A stretch of 32,000 bases of DNA, taken from Pseudomonas aeruginosa. GTDB taxonomy: Bacteria; Pseudomonadota; Gammaproteobacteria; Pseudomonadales; Pseudomonadaceae. Below, in pieces: positions 10,196 through 19,507 of this stretch (positions within the stretch are counted from its first letter, which is position 1; each line of letters opens with the position of its first letter). Both the position numbers and the translations under genes were made by a program. Location of the stretch: assembly GCF_001457615.1 (NCBI RefSeq), contig NZ_LN831024.1, positions 1,590,001 to 1,622,000 on the forward strand, read 5' to 3'. Below the pieces are notes generated by a model. The model had not been told where the DNA came from. It saw nothing but the letters and a program-made list of their open reading frames with translations, and did no database searches.

Positions 10196-11091
10196 GGATT
10201 TCCGGACAGGGCGTGCTGCTGTCGCTGGCCGCCTCGGTGCTGTTCGTTACCCTGCCGGGCTACGTCCACCTGCTGGAGCCGCTGGACAGCCTGCAGGTGG
10301 TGGCGCATCGGGTGGTCTGGTCGATCCCGATGGTATTCCTGCTGGTCGTCGCCACCCGCCAGTGGCCGACCCTGCGCGCCGCCTGGCGCCGGCTGTTCGC
10401 CGAGCCCTGGCTGCTGGCCTGCTTCCCGCTGACCGCGGCGATGATGCTGCTGCAATGGGGCATCTTCATCTGGGCGCCGTTGGCCGGGAAAACCCTTGAA
10501 CTGTCGCTGGGCTACTTCCTCCTGCCGCTGGCGATGGTGCTGGTGGGGCGGGTGTTCTACGGCGAGCGCCTGACGCCGCTGCAGGCTATCGCCGTGGCCT
10601 GCGCGCTGGCCGGGGTGCTCCACGAGTTCTGGCTGACCCGCGCGTTCTCCTGGGTCTCCCTGGTCACCGCGCTGGGCTATCCCCCATACTTCATGCTGCG
10701 GCGCAGGATGGGCGTGGACGCGCTGTCCGGGTTCGTCTTCGAGATGCTCTTCCTGCTGCCGCTGGCGTTGGCCGCGCTGTACTGGCTGGGCGACGAGAGC
10801 CAGGCCTTCCGCGAGGCGCCGCGCCTGTGGCTGCTGCTGCCGATGCTGGGGCTGATCAGCGCGCTGGCCTTCGGCGCGATGATGGCTTCCAGCCGGCTGC
10901 TGCCGATGGGGCTGTTCGGGATTCTCAGCTACGTCGAACCGGTGCTGCTGTTCCTGGTGGCGGTACTGTTCCTCGGCGAAGCGTTCCGTCCCGAGCAGCT
11001 ATGGACCTACGCGCCGATCTGGCTGGCGGTGCTGTTGACCGGCTGGGACAGCGCGCGCCTGCTGAGGAAACAGGCGCGGCGGGGCATCTGA
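10192..11091 (+). CDS. RarD-like EamA-family permease
   Basis: 299 aa starting MRISGQGVLLSLAASVLFVTLPGY; ATGA overlap with the upstream permease; RarD-like GYPPYFMLRRR and LLPMGLFGILSYVEPVLLFLVA. Confidence 0.82.
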   Translation: MRISGQGVLLSLAASVLFVTLPGYVHLLEPLDSLQVVAHRVVWSIPMVFLLVVATRQWPTLRAAWRRLFAEPWLLACFPLTAAMMLLQWGIFIWAPLAGKTLELSLGYFLLPLAMVLVGRVFYGERLTPLQAIAVACALAGVLHEFWLTRAFSWVSLVTALGYPPYFMLRRRMGVDALSGFVFEMLFLLPLALAALYWLGDESQAFREAPRLWLLLPMLGLISALAFGAMMASSRLLPMGLFGILSYVEPVLLFLVAVLFLGEAFRPEQLWTYAPIWLAVLLTGWDSARLLRKQARRGI

Positions 11092-11111
11092 GCGAGCCGC
11101 AGGCGCCGGAA

Positions 11112-11708
11112 TCAGCGCTTGCGGGTGCTTTCGACCTGGGCGAGGGTGGTCGGCAGGATGCGCTTGCCGGCCAGGTAGTGGCGTTTCCAGTAGCTGCTGT
11201 TGAGGTCGGAGACGCGGACCTTCTTGCCGCGCCGCGGCGCGTGCACGAAGCGGTCGTTGCCGACGTAGATGCCGACGTGGTCGACGCTGCGGCTGCGGAT
11301 CCGGAAGAACACCAGGTCGCCCGGTTGCAGCTTGCCGCGGGAGACCTTGTTGTTGTCCATGTTGTAGATGGCGCGGGCGGTCCGCGGCAGGTCGACGTCG
11401 TCGACGTCCTGGAACACATAGTTGACCAGGCCGCTGCAATCGAAGCCTTTCTTCGGCGTGGTGCCGCCCCAGCGGTAGGGGGTGCCGATCATGCTGAAGG
11501 CGCGGTCGGTGACTTCGGAAGCGGCGGCCGCGACCACCGAGCGGTTGGCGGACTGGCGGGTGCTGACGACCCGGCTGGGCGACAGGGTGGAATTCTTCGA
11601 CGGCTTGAAGGTGTGGGTGACCTGGTTGGAAGCCAGGCTGGGCGTCGAGAGGGCGGCCAGAAGGGCCGCGAAGCCTACAGACAGGCATGTCAAAAAGGGT
11701 GAACGCAT
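11112..11708 (-). CDS. Secreted NlpC/P60-family peptidoglycan endopeptidase
   Basis: 198 aa with signal peptide; catalytic Cys/His motifs GTPYRWGGTTPKKGFDCSGLVNYVF and DHVGIYVGNDRFVHAPRRGKKV. Confidence 0.92.
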   Translation of the reverse strand: MRSPFLTCLSVGFAALLAALSTPSLASNQVTHTFKPSKNSTLSPSRVVSTRQSANRSVVAAAASEVTDRAFSMIGTPYRWGGTTPKKGFDCSGLVNYVFQDVDDVDLPRTARAIYNMDNNKVSRGKLQPGDLVFFRIRSRSVDHVGIYVGNDRFVHAPRRGKKVRVSDLNSSYWKRHYLAGKRILPTTLAQVESTRKR

Positions 11709-12164
11709 TTCGGCATGTCTTCGCGTGCGTGAATAACGGTCCAGGCTTCCGCTGGTTCGTGGTTACTCTCTGTTCATCGGAGTGTCTTCTGGGTGACCGG
11801 AACGAGCCCTCCTGACTCTTCCGACCAGGCCGTCAAACGAAACGGCCAACTGCTTCCGGGCCTGGATGCATTCAGGTTGTCCCGGCGATAACGGGCTTCA
11901 CGAAGGAAAATCGGGGACTCATCGGCGTTCCCAGCGTATTCCCCTACGAAAGCGGCGGCTATTGTGACCTATTTTGACGCCGGCCTTCTGACCATTCGTC
12001 GAATGATCGGTTCCGGATGTGACGCGCCGGTTTCGCCGTGCAAGTGGCGATACTTGCGGGTCCGGCAATGACCTGTTGTTCGCCGTGGCCTTGGAAAGCC
12101 TCTGCGCCGGGGGTATGTTCGTGGTCCCCGTACCCGAGTGAAGCCCGTAGAAGCGAGTCCAGAT

Positions 12165-13859
12165 ATGACCGAAACAGCCAAGCGTCCCTTGTACGTTCCC
12201 CATGCCGGCCCTTCGCTGCTGGAGATGCCGCTGCTGAACAAAGGCAGCGCGTTCAGTACCCAGGAACGCATCGATTTCAACCTGCAGGGCCTGCTGCCGC
12301 ACAACATCGAGACCATCGAGGAGCAGACCGAGCGCGCCTACAGCCAGTACAACCTGTGCAACACCGATCTGGACCGCCACATCTTCCTGCGCTCGATCCA
12401 GGACAACAACGAGACCCTGTTCTTCCGCCTGCTCGAGGAGCACCTGGAAGAAATGATGCCGATCATCTACACCCCCACGGTCGGCCAGGCCTGCCAGGAG
12501 TTCTCGAAGATCTACCGGACCCACCGCGGCCTGTTCATCTCCTACCCGGACCGCGAGCGGATCGACGACATCCTGCGCAGCGCCACCAAGAACAACGTGA
12601 AGATCGTGGTGGTCACCGACAGCGAGCGGATCCTCGGCCTGGGCGACCAGGGCATCGGCGGGATGGGCATCCCGATCGGCAAGCTGTCCCTGTACACCGC
12701 CTGCGGCGGTATCAGCCCGGCCTACACCCTGCCGGTGGTGCTGGACGTCGGCACCAACAACCCGGACCTGCTCAACGACCCGATGTACATGGGCTGGCGC
12801 CACGAGCGGGTGAGCGGGGCGCAGTACGAGGAGTTCGTCGACCTGTTCATCCAGGCGATCAAGCGCCGCTGGCCCAACGTCCTGCTGCAATTCGAGGACT
12901 TCGCCCAGACCAATGCCATGCCGTTGCTGGAGCGCTACAAGGACGAGCTGTGCTGCTTCAACGACGACATCCAGGGCACCGCCGCGGTGGCCGTGGGCAC
13001 CCTGCTGGCGGCTTGCAAGGCCAAGGGCGAGAAGCTCAGCGAGCAGACCGTGACCTTCGTCGGCGCCGGCTCCGCCGGTTGCGGCATCGCCGAACAGATC
13101 ATCGCCGCCATGCAACTGGAGGGCCTGGACGAGGCCCAGGCGCGTCGGCGCATCTTCATGGTCGACCGCTGGGGCCTGCTCACCGACGACATGAGCAACC
13201 TGCTCGACTTCCAGCACCGCCTGGCGCAGAAGCGCGCCGATCTCGGTGCCTGGGGCGGCCAGCAGGGCGACGACCTGGCGTTGCTGGAAGTGATCCGCAA
13301 TGCCCGGCCGACGGTGCTGATCGGCGTCTCCGGGCAGCGCGGGCTGTTTTCCGAAGAGGTCATCCGTGAGCTGCACAGCCATTGCAAGCAGCCGCTGGTG
13401 ATGCCGCTGTCCAACCCGACCTCGCGGGTCGAGGCGACTCCGCAGGAAATCCTCAACTGGACCGACGGCCAGGCGCTGGTCGCCACCGGTAGCCCGTTCC
13501 AACCGGTGCAGGTGGGCGACAAGCGGATTCCCATCGCCCAGTGCAACAACGCCTATATCTTCCCCGGCATCGGCCTGGGGGTGATCGCCGCGCGGGCCAA
13601 CCGGGTCACCGAAGGCATGCTGATGGCCGCGGCCAACGCCCTGGCCAACTGCTCGCCGATCGTTACCCAGGGCGAGGGCGCCGTGTTGCCGGCGCTGGGC
13701 GACATCCGCGAGGTCAGCAAGCGCATCGCCGTCGCCGTGGCCAAGCAGGCCCAGGCCGAGGGCAAGGCCCTGCATACCAGCGACGAGGTACTGAACGACG
13801 CCATCGAGGCGAACTTCTGGTTCCCGCGCTACCGTGCCTACCGCCGGACTTCGTTCTGA
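12165..13859 (+). CDS. maeA: NAD-type malic enzyme (oxaloacetate-decarboxylating malate dehydrogenase)
   Basis: 564 aa from [15 protein letters not shown]; malic enzyme motifs [63 protein letters not shown]. Confidence 0.93.
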   Translation: MTETAKRPLYVPHAGPSLLEMPLLNKGSAFSTQERIDFNLQGLLPHNIETIEEQTERAYSQYNLCNTDLDRHIFLRSIQDNNETLFFRLLEEHLEEMMPIIYTPTVGQACQEFSKIYRTHRGLFISYPDRERIDDILRSATKNNVKIVVVTDSERILGLGDQGIGGMGIPIGKLSLYTACGGISPAYTLPVVLDVGTNNPDLLNDPMYMGWRHERVSGAQYEEFVDLFIQAIKRRWPNVLLQFEDFAQTNAMPLLERYKDELCCFNDDIQGTAAVAVGTLLAACKAKGEKLSEQTVTFVGAGSAGCGIAEQIIAAMQLEGLDEAQARRRIFMVDRWGLLTDDMSNLLDFQHRLAQKRADLGAWGGQQGDDLALLEVIRNARPTVLIGVSGQRGLFSEEVIRELHSHCKQPLVMPLSNPTSRVEATPQEILNWTDGQALVATGSPFQPVQVGDKRIPIAQCNNAYIFPGIGLGVIAARANRVTEGMLMAAANALANCSPIVTQGEGAVLPALGDIREVSKRIAVAVAKQAQAEGKALHTSDEVLNDAIEANFWFPRYRAYRRTSF

Positions 13860-13932
13860 GGCTCTGCCGCAGGCTGCGCACGGGGGAGAGGCGTTAACCG
13901 CCGATATTCCGCGCGATCGGTGCGAGAACGCG

Positions 13933-13959
13933 AAAAGGCCACCCCGAGGTGGCCTTTTT
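13933..13959. terminator. Bidirectional Rho-independent terminator between maeA and the convergent NUDIX gene
   Basis: aaaaggccacc-ccga-ggtggcctttt with A/T tracts on both sides. Confidence 0.9.
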
Positions 13960-13979
13960 CGTTGACGGTAGCGCTAGCG

Positions 13980-14438
13980 CTAGCGCACATGATCGGGGCG
14001 CGTCCGGTGTTCGGCCTGGGTTTCCGGGTTTTCCGCCGCGCGCCGCGCCAGGGCCGGCAGGACATGATCGCGCAGCAGCGGCGCGAGATTGTCCGGCTGC
14101 GCTTGGCCGGGGACCAGCCAGGCCAGTTCCTCCAGCTCCGCCTGCGCACAGACGGCGTGGGGCAGGCGGGCGACGTAGATATCGGCATCGACGCGGGTGT
14201 TCGCCTCGTTGGCCGCCGGCGCCTGGAAGCTGCCGAGGTGCTCGAAGGTCGAGGCGCCCATCGGCAGGCGCAGTTCCTCCAGCAGTTCGCGCTGTAGCGC
14301 GGCGAGGGGCGTTTCGCCCGGCTCGCGCTTGCCGCCCGGGAGCATGAAGGCCTGGGTGCCGCGCTTGCGCACCAGCAACAGGTTGCCCTGGTCGTCGAAC
14401 AGGCAGGCGGCGGAAATGCTCAGCAGGTTGTCGGTCAT
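13980..14438 (-). CDS. NUDIX hydrolase
   Basis: Start MTDNLLSISAACLFDDQGNLLLVRKRG; NUDIX box GGKREPGETPLAALQRELLEELRL. The upstream part of the 212-aa ORF is not needed. Confidence 0.9.
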   Translation of the reverse strand: MTDNLLSISAACLFDDQGNLLLVRKRGTQAFMLPGGKREPGETPLAALQRELLEELRLPMGASTFEHLGSFQAPAANEANTRVDADIYVARLPHAVCAQAELEELAWLVPGQAQPDNLAPLLRDHVLPALARRAAENPETQAEHRTRPDHVR

Positions 14439-14977
14439 TGCGGGTCGTCCTCGGCGATCACCTGGTAGCGCATCTGTACGATGCCGCTGTTGTAGCCATG
14501 TTGTTCCAGCAGTTGCAGGCGCCGCTCGCGGCCGCCGGCGAACAGCGGGATGCCGGCGCCGAGCAGCTGCGGAATGACGCTGACGATCACCTCGTCGAGC
14601 AGCCCGGCCGCCAGGCAACTACCGGCGAGGCTGCCGCCGCCGGCCAGCCAGACCCGCCGGCAGCCCTGTTCGCCGAGGCGTGCGAGGCCTTCCTGGGGCG
14701 TGCCATGGCGCAACTCGACGCCTTCCACCGCGCTCTCCCGGGGATTGCGGGTGAGCACCTGGCAGGGCTTGCCCGGATACGGCCAGTCGCCGAAGCCGCG
14801 CACGATATCGTAGGTGCCGCGGCCCATCAGCAGCCCGTCGATGCCCTGGTAGAAGCCGTTGTAGCCATGGTCGTTGCCGCCCTCGGCGAAACGGTCGAGC
14901 CAGTCGACGCTACCGTCGGGACGGGCGATGAAGCCGTCCAGGCTGGTGGCGACGTAGTAGATCAGGTGCGGTTTCAT
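14435..14977 (-). CDS. Dihydrofolate reductase-like / RibD C-terminal-domain protein
   Basis: MKPHLIYYVATSLDGFIARPDGSVDWLDRF..., LLMGRGTYDIVRGFGDWPYPGKPCQVLTR, VWLAGGGSLAGSCLAAGLLDEVIVSVIPQLLGAGIPLF; ATGA overlap with the NUDIX gene. Confidence 0.9.
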   Translation of the reverse strand: MKPHLIYYVATSLDGFIARPDGSVDWLDRFAEGGNDHGYNGFYQGIDGLLMGRGTYDIVRGFGDWPYPGKPCQVLTRNPRESAVEGVELRHGTPQEGLARLGEQGCRRVWLAGGGSLAGSCLAAGLLDEVIVSVIPQLLGAGIPLFAGGRERRLQLLEQHGYNSGIVQMRYQVIAEDDPQ

Positions 14978-14996
14978 GGACGGCGCTCCCCTCGCT

Positions 14997-16325
14997 TCAG
15001 ACAGTGGCTTCGTCGCTGCGGCTCGGTGCGGCCAACGCCTCGAACGAACGGGCCTCGGCGTCACGCCCTTCGAGCATGCCCTGCAGCCCCTGGCGCAGGT
15101 CCTGGCCGCTGGGCTGCTGGTAGGCGCCGAGGCCGAACTCCGGCATCACCGCCAGCAGGTAGTCGAACACGTCGCCCTGGATGCGCTCGTAGTCGACCCA
15201 GGCGGTGGTGCGGGTGAAGCAGTATATCTCCAGCGGGATGCCCTGGGCGGTCGGCTGCAACTGGCGGACCATGCAGGTCATGTGCGGATGGATGTCCGGA
15301 TGGTTCTGCAGGTAGGCGAGGGCGTAGGCGCGGAACGTACCGATGTTGGTCAGCCGGCGGCGGTTGGCGGCCAGCGGGGCGACCCCGCCGTTGGCGGCAT
15401 TCCACTCCTGCAACTCGGTCTGCTTGCGGGCCATGTATTCGGTGAGCAGGCGCACCTGGCTCAGGCGCCGCTCTTCCTTCTCGTCGAGGAAACGCACCTG
15501 GCTGGAGTCGACGTAGATCGCCCGCTTGATCCGCCGTCCGCCGGACTGCTGCATGCCGCGCCAGTTCTTGAACGACTCCGACATCAGGCGCCAGGTCGGC
15601 ACCGAGACGATGGTCTTGTCGAAGTTCTGCACCTTCACGGTGTACAGGGTGATGTCCACCACGTCGCCGTCGGCGCCGACCTGCGGCATCTCGATCCAGT
15701 CGCCGACTCGCAGCATGTCGTTGCTGGTGAGCTGCACGCTGGCGACGAAGGACATCAGGGTGTCCTTGTAGACCAGCAGGAGGACCGCCGACATCGCGCC
15801 GAGGCCGGACAGCAGCAGGAGCGGCGAGCGGTCGATGATGATCGAGACGATGATGATCGCGCCGAACACGAACACGGCGATCTTCGCCAGTTGCACGTAG
15901 CCCTTGATCGAGCGGGTGCGGGCGTGCTCGGTACGCGCGTAGATGTCCAGCAGGGCATTCAGCAGCGCTGTGAGGGCGAGGATCAGGAACAGCACGGTGA
16001 AGGCCAGTGCCAGGTTGCCGAGGAAGTGCGCGGCCTTGTCCGGCATCTCCGGGATCCATGGCAGGCCGAATTGCACCAGCAGCGAGGGCGTGGTCTGCGC
16101 CAGGCGCTGGAACACCTTGTTGCGGATCAGGTCGCCGAGCCAGTGCAGCGCGGGCTGGCGGGCGAGCAGGTTGGCGGCGTAGAGGACGATGTAGCGGGCC
16201 ACCCGGCCGAGGATCAGGGCGCCCACCAGCAGCAGGCCGAAGGCCAGGCCGGCGTGCAGGATAGGGTGTTGGTCGAGCGCCGACCAGTACCCGGAGAGCT
16301 GGTCGAGAAGGGATGTGGAGTCCAT
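14997..16325 (-). CDS. MscS-family mechanosensitive ion channel (YbdG-like)
   Basis: Start MDSTSLLDQLSGYWSALDQHPILH; TM segments plus MscS core (LLSGLGAMSAVLLLVYKDTLMSFVASVQLTSNDMLRVGDWIEMPQVGADGDVVDITLYTVKVQNFDKTIVSVPT). Confidence 0.9.
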   Translation of the reverse strand: MDSTSLLDQLSGYWSALDQHPILHAGLAFGLLLVGALILGRVARYIVLYAANLLARQPALHWLGDLIRNKVFQRLAQTTPSLLVQFGLPWIPEMPDKAAHFLGNLALAFTVLFLILALTALLNALLDIYARTEHARTRSIKGYVQLAKIAVFVFGAIIIVSIIIDRSPLLLLSGLGAMSAVLLLVYKDTLMSFVASVQLTSNDMLRVGDWIEMPQVGADGDVVDITLYTVKVQNFDKTIVSVPTWRLMSESFKNWRGMQQSGGRRIKRAIYVDSSQVRFLDEKEERRLSQVRLLTEYMARKQTELQEWNAANGGVAPLAANRRRLTNIGTFRAYALAYLQNHPDIHPHMTCMVRQLQPTAQGIPLEIYCFTRTTAWVDYERIQGDVFDYLLAVMPEFGLGAYQQPSGQDLRQGLQGMLEGRDAEARSFEALAAPSRSDEATV

Positions 16326-16492
16326 GGACAGGCGACTTCCTTTGTTGCGGGCGGGGGGGACGGGCCGGCCCCGCGGTTGAACGGACATCCCGACGCGGGG
16401 GCCGGGAACGCACAAAGGAACCAAGAGTGCCCCATCGGGCGCCGGATCGCATCCCCGACGTGTCTACAAAGGTTTTCCGCCGACGCGCGGGC

Positions 16493-17860
16493 TCAGCCGG
16501 CAAGCTCCTCCAGGGTGCGCCCGCGGGTCTCGATGCCGAAGGCCCAGACCACCAGGGCGGCGACGCCGAAACAGAGGGCGCCGAGGGTGAACACCCCGCC
16601 CTGGCCGGTGAGCGGCAGGACCAGCCCGGTGACCAGCGGGCCGAGCAGCGAGCCGATCCGCCCGACCGCCGAGGCGAAGCCCGAGCCGGTGGCGCGCGCG
16701 GAGGTCGGATAGAGTTCCGGGGTATAGGTGTAGAGCACCGCCCACATGCCGAACAGGAAGAACTGCATGGCCAGGCCGAAGCCGATCAGCAGTGCCAGGC
16801 TGCCGCCGAACACCGCGGTCTGGCCGTAGGCGTAGGCCATCGCGCCGCCGCCGAGGAGCATCAGCACGCAGCTCGGCTTGCGGCCCCAGCTTTCCACCAG
16901 CCAGGCCGCGCAGAGGAAGCCGGGTATCCCGGCCAGCGAAATCAGCACCGTGTAGTACACCGACTGGGTGACGGCGAAGCCGGATTGCTGGAGCAGCGCG
17001 CTGAGCCAGGAGGTCAGGCCGTAGAAACCGAGCAGGGCGAAGAACCACAGGCCCCAGACGGTCAGGGTGCGGCGCCGGTAGGCTGGCGACCAGAGCTCGG
17101 CGAAGGCGCTGAAGAAGCCCGGACGGCTGCGTTCCCGCTGCGGCTGGCGCAGCGGCGGCGGCAGTTCGGTCAGGCCCAGCGAACGCATCACCCGTGCTTC
17201 TATGTCGCGCAATACCCGGTCCGCCTGTTCGCGCCGGCCGGCCTGCTCCAGCCAGCGCGGCGACTCGGGAATCAGGAAGCGGATGGCGAGGACGAACACC
17301 GCCGGCAGCGCCAGCACCAGGAAAATGCTGCGCCAGCCGGTCAGCGGCAGCAGGAAGTAGGACAGGCAGCCGGCAGCGACGAAGCCCAGCGGCCAGAAGC
17401 CGTCCATCAGCGCAATGTACTTGCCGCGGCGGCTGGCCGGGATCATCTCCGACAGCAGCGACTGGGCGATGGGAAACTCCATCCCCATGCCGATCCCCAG
17501 CAATACCCGGTAGAAGGTCAGGCTGTCGAGGTCGCCGGCGGTGGAGCACAGGTAGCTGGCCAGGCCCCAGAGCACGATGCTGGCCTGGAATACCGGCTTG
17601 CGCCCGAAGCGGTCGGCGAGCATGCCCGACAGGGCCGCGCCGATCACCATGCCGAAGAAGCTCGAGCTGGCCAGCAGCCCGGCCTGCGCCGAGTCGAGCC
17701 CGAACTCGGCTTTGATCGAGCCGAGCAGGAAGGTCATCATCGCCAGGTCCATCGAGTCGAAGAAGAACGCCAGCGCGATGATCACGAAGACCAGTCGGTG
17801 ATATGGACTCAGCGGCAGCCGTTCGAGGCGTTCGGCGGCGGATGCGGGCGCGTCGGGCAT
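16493..17860 (-). CDS. MFS transporter (sugar/acid symporter-like)
   Basis: Start MPDAPASAAERLERLPLSPYHRLVFVII; MFS signatures DRFGRKPVF and ESPRWLEQAGR; 12-TM pattern. Confidence 0.92.
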   Translation of the reverse strand: MPDAPASAAERLERLPLSPYHRLVFVIIALAFFFDSMDLAMMTFLLGSIKAEFGLDSAQAGLLASSSFFGMVIGAALSGMLADRFGRKPVFQASIVLWGLASYLCSTAGDLDSLTFYRVLLGIGMGMEFPIAQSLLSEMIPASRRGKYIALMDGFWPLGFVAAGCLSYFLLPLTGWRSIFLVLALPAVFVLAIRFLIPESPRWLEQAGRREQADRVLRDIEARVMRSLGLTELPPPLRQPQRERSRPGFFSAFAELWSPAYRRRTLTVWGLWFFALLGFYGLTSWLSALLQQSGFAVTQSVYYTVLISLAGIPGFLCAAWLVESWGRKPSCVLMLLGGGAMAYAYGQTAVFGGSLALLIGFGLAMQFFLFGMWAVLYTYTPELYPTSARATGSGFASAVGRIGSLLGPLVTGLVLPLTGQGGVFTLGALCFGVAALVVWAFGIETRGRTLEELAG

Positions 17861-18045
17861 GACCTGGTTCCTCTGGGCGGCGGGCGTCGAACGAGTCTGC
17901 GATCGCCGCCCGCGCCGTGCTTGCCTGGCGGCGACCCGGCGTCGAGCCGATTGCGACGCCGGCGCTGGCCGTCGTGCCGCGCGAATAAAGCCTGCGCGCC
18001 GGCGCGGCAACCGTTAGGCTATGCACCTGTCCATTTTCACGTGCA

Positions 18046-19386
18046 ATGCCGAGGTCTCCCTTGTTCAGCCAATTTCCCCTCCACGAACGCCTGCTGAAGG
18101 CACTGGAAAGCCTGTCCTTCAGCGAGCCGACGCCGGTCCAGGCCGCGGCCATTCCCAAGGCGCTGGAGGGGCACGACCTGCGGGTCACGGCGCAGACCGG
18201 CAGCGGCAAGACCGCGGCCTTCCTGCTGCCGCTGCTGCACCGCCTGCTGGCCGAGGACAAGCCGCGCTCCCTGGCGCGCGCGCTGATCCTCCTGCCGACC
18301 CGCGAGCTGGCCCAGCAGACCCTCAAGGAAGTCGAGCGCTTCGCCCAGTTCACCTTCATCAAGGCCTGCCTGATCACTGGCGGCGAGGACTTCAAGGTGC
18401 AGGGCGCGCGCCTGCGCAAGAACCCGGAGATCATCATCGGCACCCCCGGCCGCCTGCTCGAGCAGCGCAACGCCGGCAACCTGCCGTTGCAGGACATCGA
18501 GGTGCTGGTGCTGGACGAGGCCGACCGCATGCTCGACATGGGCTTCGCCGACGACGTGCTGGCCCTGGCCAATGCCTGCCCGGCCGAGCGCCAGACCCTG
18601 CTGTTCTCCGCGACCCACAGCGGCGCCGGGTTGAACAGGGTGATCGCCGAGGTGCTGCGCGAGCCGCAAGTGCTGCGCCTGAACCAGGTCGGCGAGCTGA
18701 ACGAGAACGTCCGCCAGCAGGTCATCACCGCCGACGACGTGGCGCACAAGGAACAGTTGCTGCAATGGCTGCTGAGCAACGAGACCTACACCAAGGCCAT
18801 CGTCTTCACCAATACCCGGGTCTCCGCCGATCGCCTGACCGGGCGGCTGATCGCCAACCAGCACAAGGTCTTCGTCCTGCATGGCGAGAAGGACCAGAAG
18901 GACCGCAAGCTGGCCATCGAGCGCCTGAAGCAGGGCGCGGTGAAGATCCTCGTCGCCACCGACGTCGCCGCACGCGGCCTGGACGTCGAAGGCCTGGACC
19001 TGGTGATCAACTTCGACATGCCGCGCAGCGGCGACGAGTACGTGCACCGCATCGGCCGGACCGGTCGCGCCGGCGCCGAGGGCCTGGCGATCTCGCTGAT
19101 CTGCCATGGCGACTGGAACCTGATGTCGAGCGTCGAACGCTACCTCAAGCAGAACTTCGAACGACGCAACATCAAGGAACTGAAGGCCGCCTACCAGGGG
19201 CCGAAGAAACTCAAGGCGTCGGGCAAGGCCGCCGGCAGCAAGAAGAAAAAGCAGGACAGGAAGGGCGCCGCCGCCAAGCCCGCGGCCAAGCGCAAGCCCG
19301 CCGCGCGGCCGAAGGCCGGGCCGTCGGCGGTGGTCAGCGCCGACGGCATGGCGCCGCTCAAGCGCAAGAAGCCGACGGCGGAGTGA
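18046..19386 (+). CDS. DEAD-box ATP-dependent RNA helicase
   Basis: 446 aa; AQTGSGKT, PTRELAQQ, VLDEADRMLD, SAT, ARGLD, HRIGRTGR motifs; Lys/Ala-rich C-terminal tail. Confidence 0.95.
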   Translation: MPRSPLFSQFPLHERLLKALESLSFSEPTPVQAAAIPKALEGHDLRVTAQTGSGKTAAFLLPLLHRLLAEDKPRSLARALILLPTRELAQQTLKEVERFAQFTFIKACLITGGEDFKVQGARLRKNPEIIIGTPGRLLEQRNAGNLPLQDIEVLVLDEADRMLDMGFADDVLALANACPAERQTLLFSATHSGAGLNRVIAEVLREPQVLRLNQVGELNENVRQQVITADDVAHKEQLLQWLLSNETYTKAIVFTNTRVSADRLTGRLIANQHKVFVLHGEKDQKDRKLAIERLKQGAVKILVATDVAARGLDVEGLDLVINFDMPRSGDEYVHRIGRTGRAGAEGLAISLICHGDWNLMSSVERYLKQNFERRNIKELKAAYQGPKKLKASGKAAGSKKKKQDRKGAAAKPAAKRKPAARPKAGPSAVVSADGMAPLKRKKPTAE

Positions 19387-19410
19387 TTGCGCGCCGCCGA
19401 CCGCTTCGGA

Positions 19411-19483
19411 GGGTGGATAACCGTTTGCGGTTATCCGCCGCGCCGGCGTTGGATGGCGGATAACGCCGCTGGCGCTGTCCGCC
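19411..19483. repeat. Intergenic two-hairpin element related to the 115-bp array at 22781-23203
   Basis: Hairpin 1 ggataaccg-tttg-cggttatcc (19415-19436); hairpin 2 ggcggataacgcc-gct-ggcgctgtccgcc (19455-19483). Confidence 0.7.
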
Positions 19484-19507
19484 CCGGGGGACTGCCTGGC
19501 CCCGTTC

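Noticed and set aside
14976-18097. Two long plus-strand ORFs (578 and 594 aa) opposite the MscS and MFS genes
   Set aside because: Compositionally typical shadow ORFs (E/R/H/G-rich, no domain) opposite well-supported minus-strand genes.
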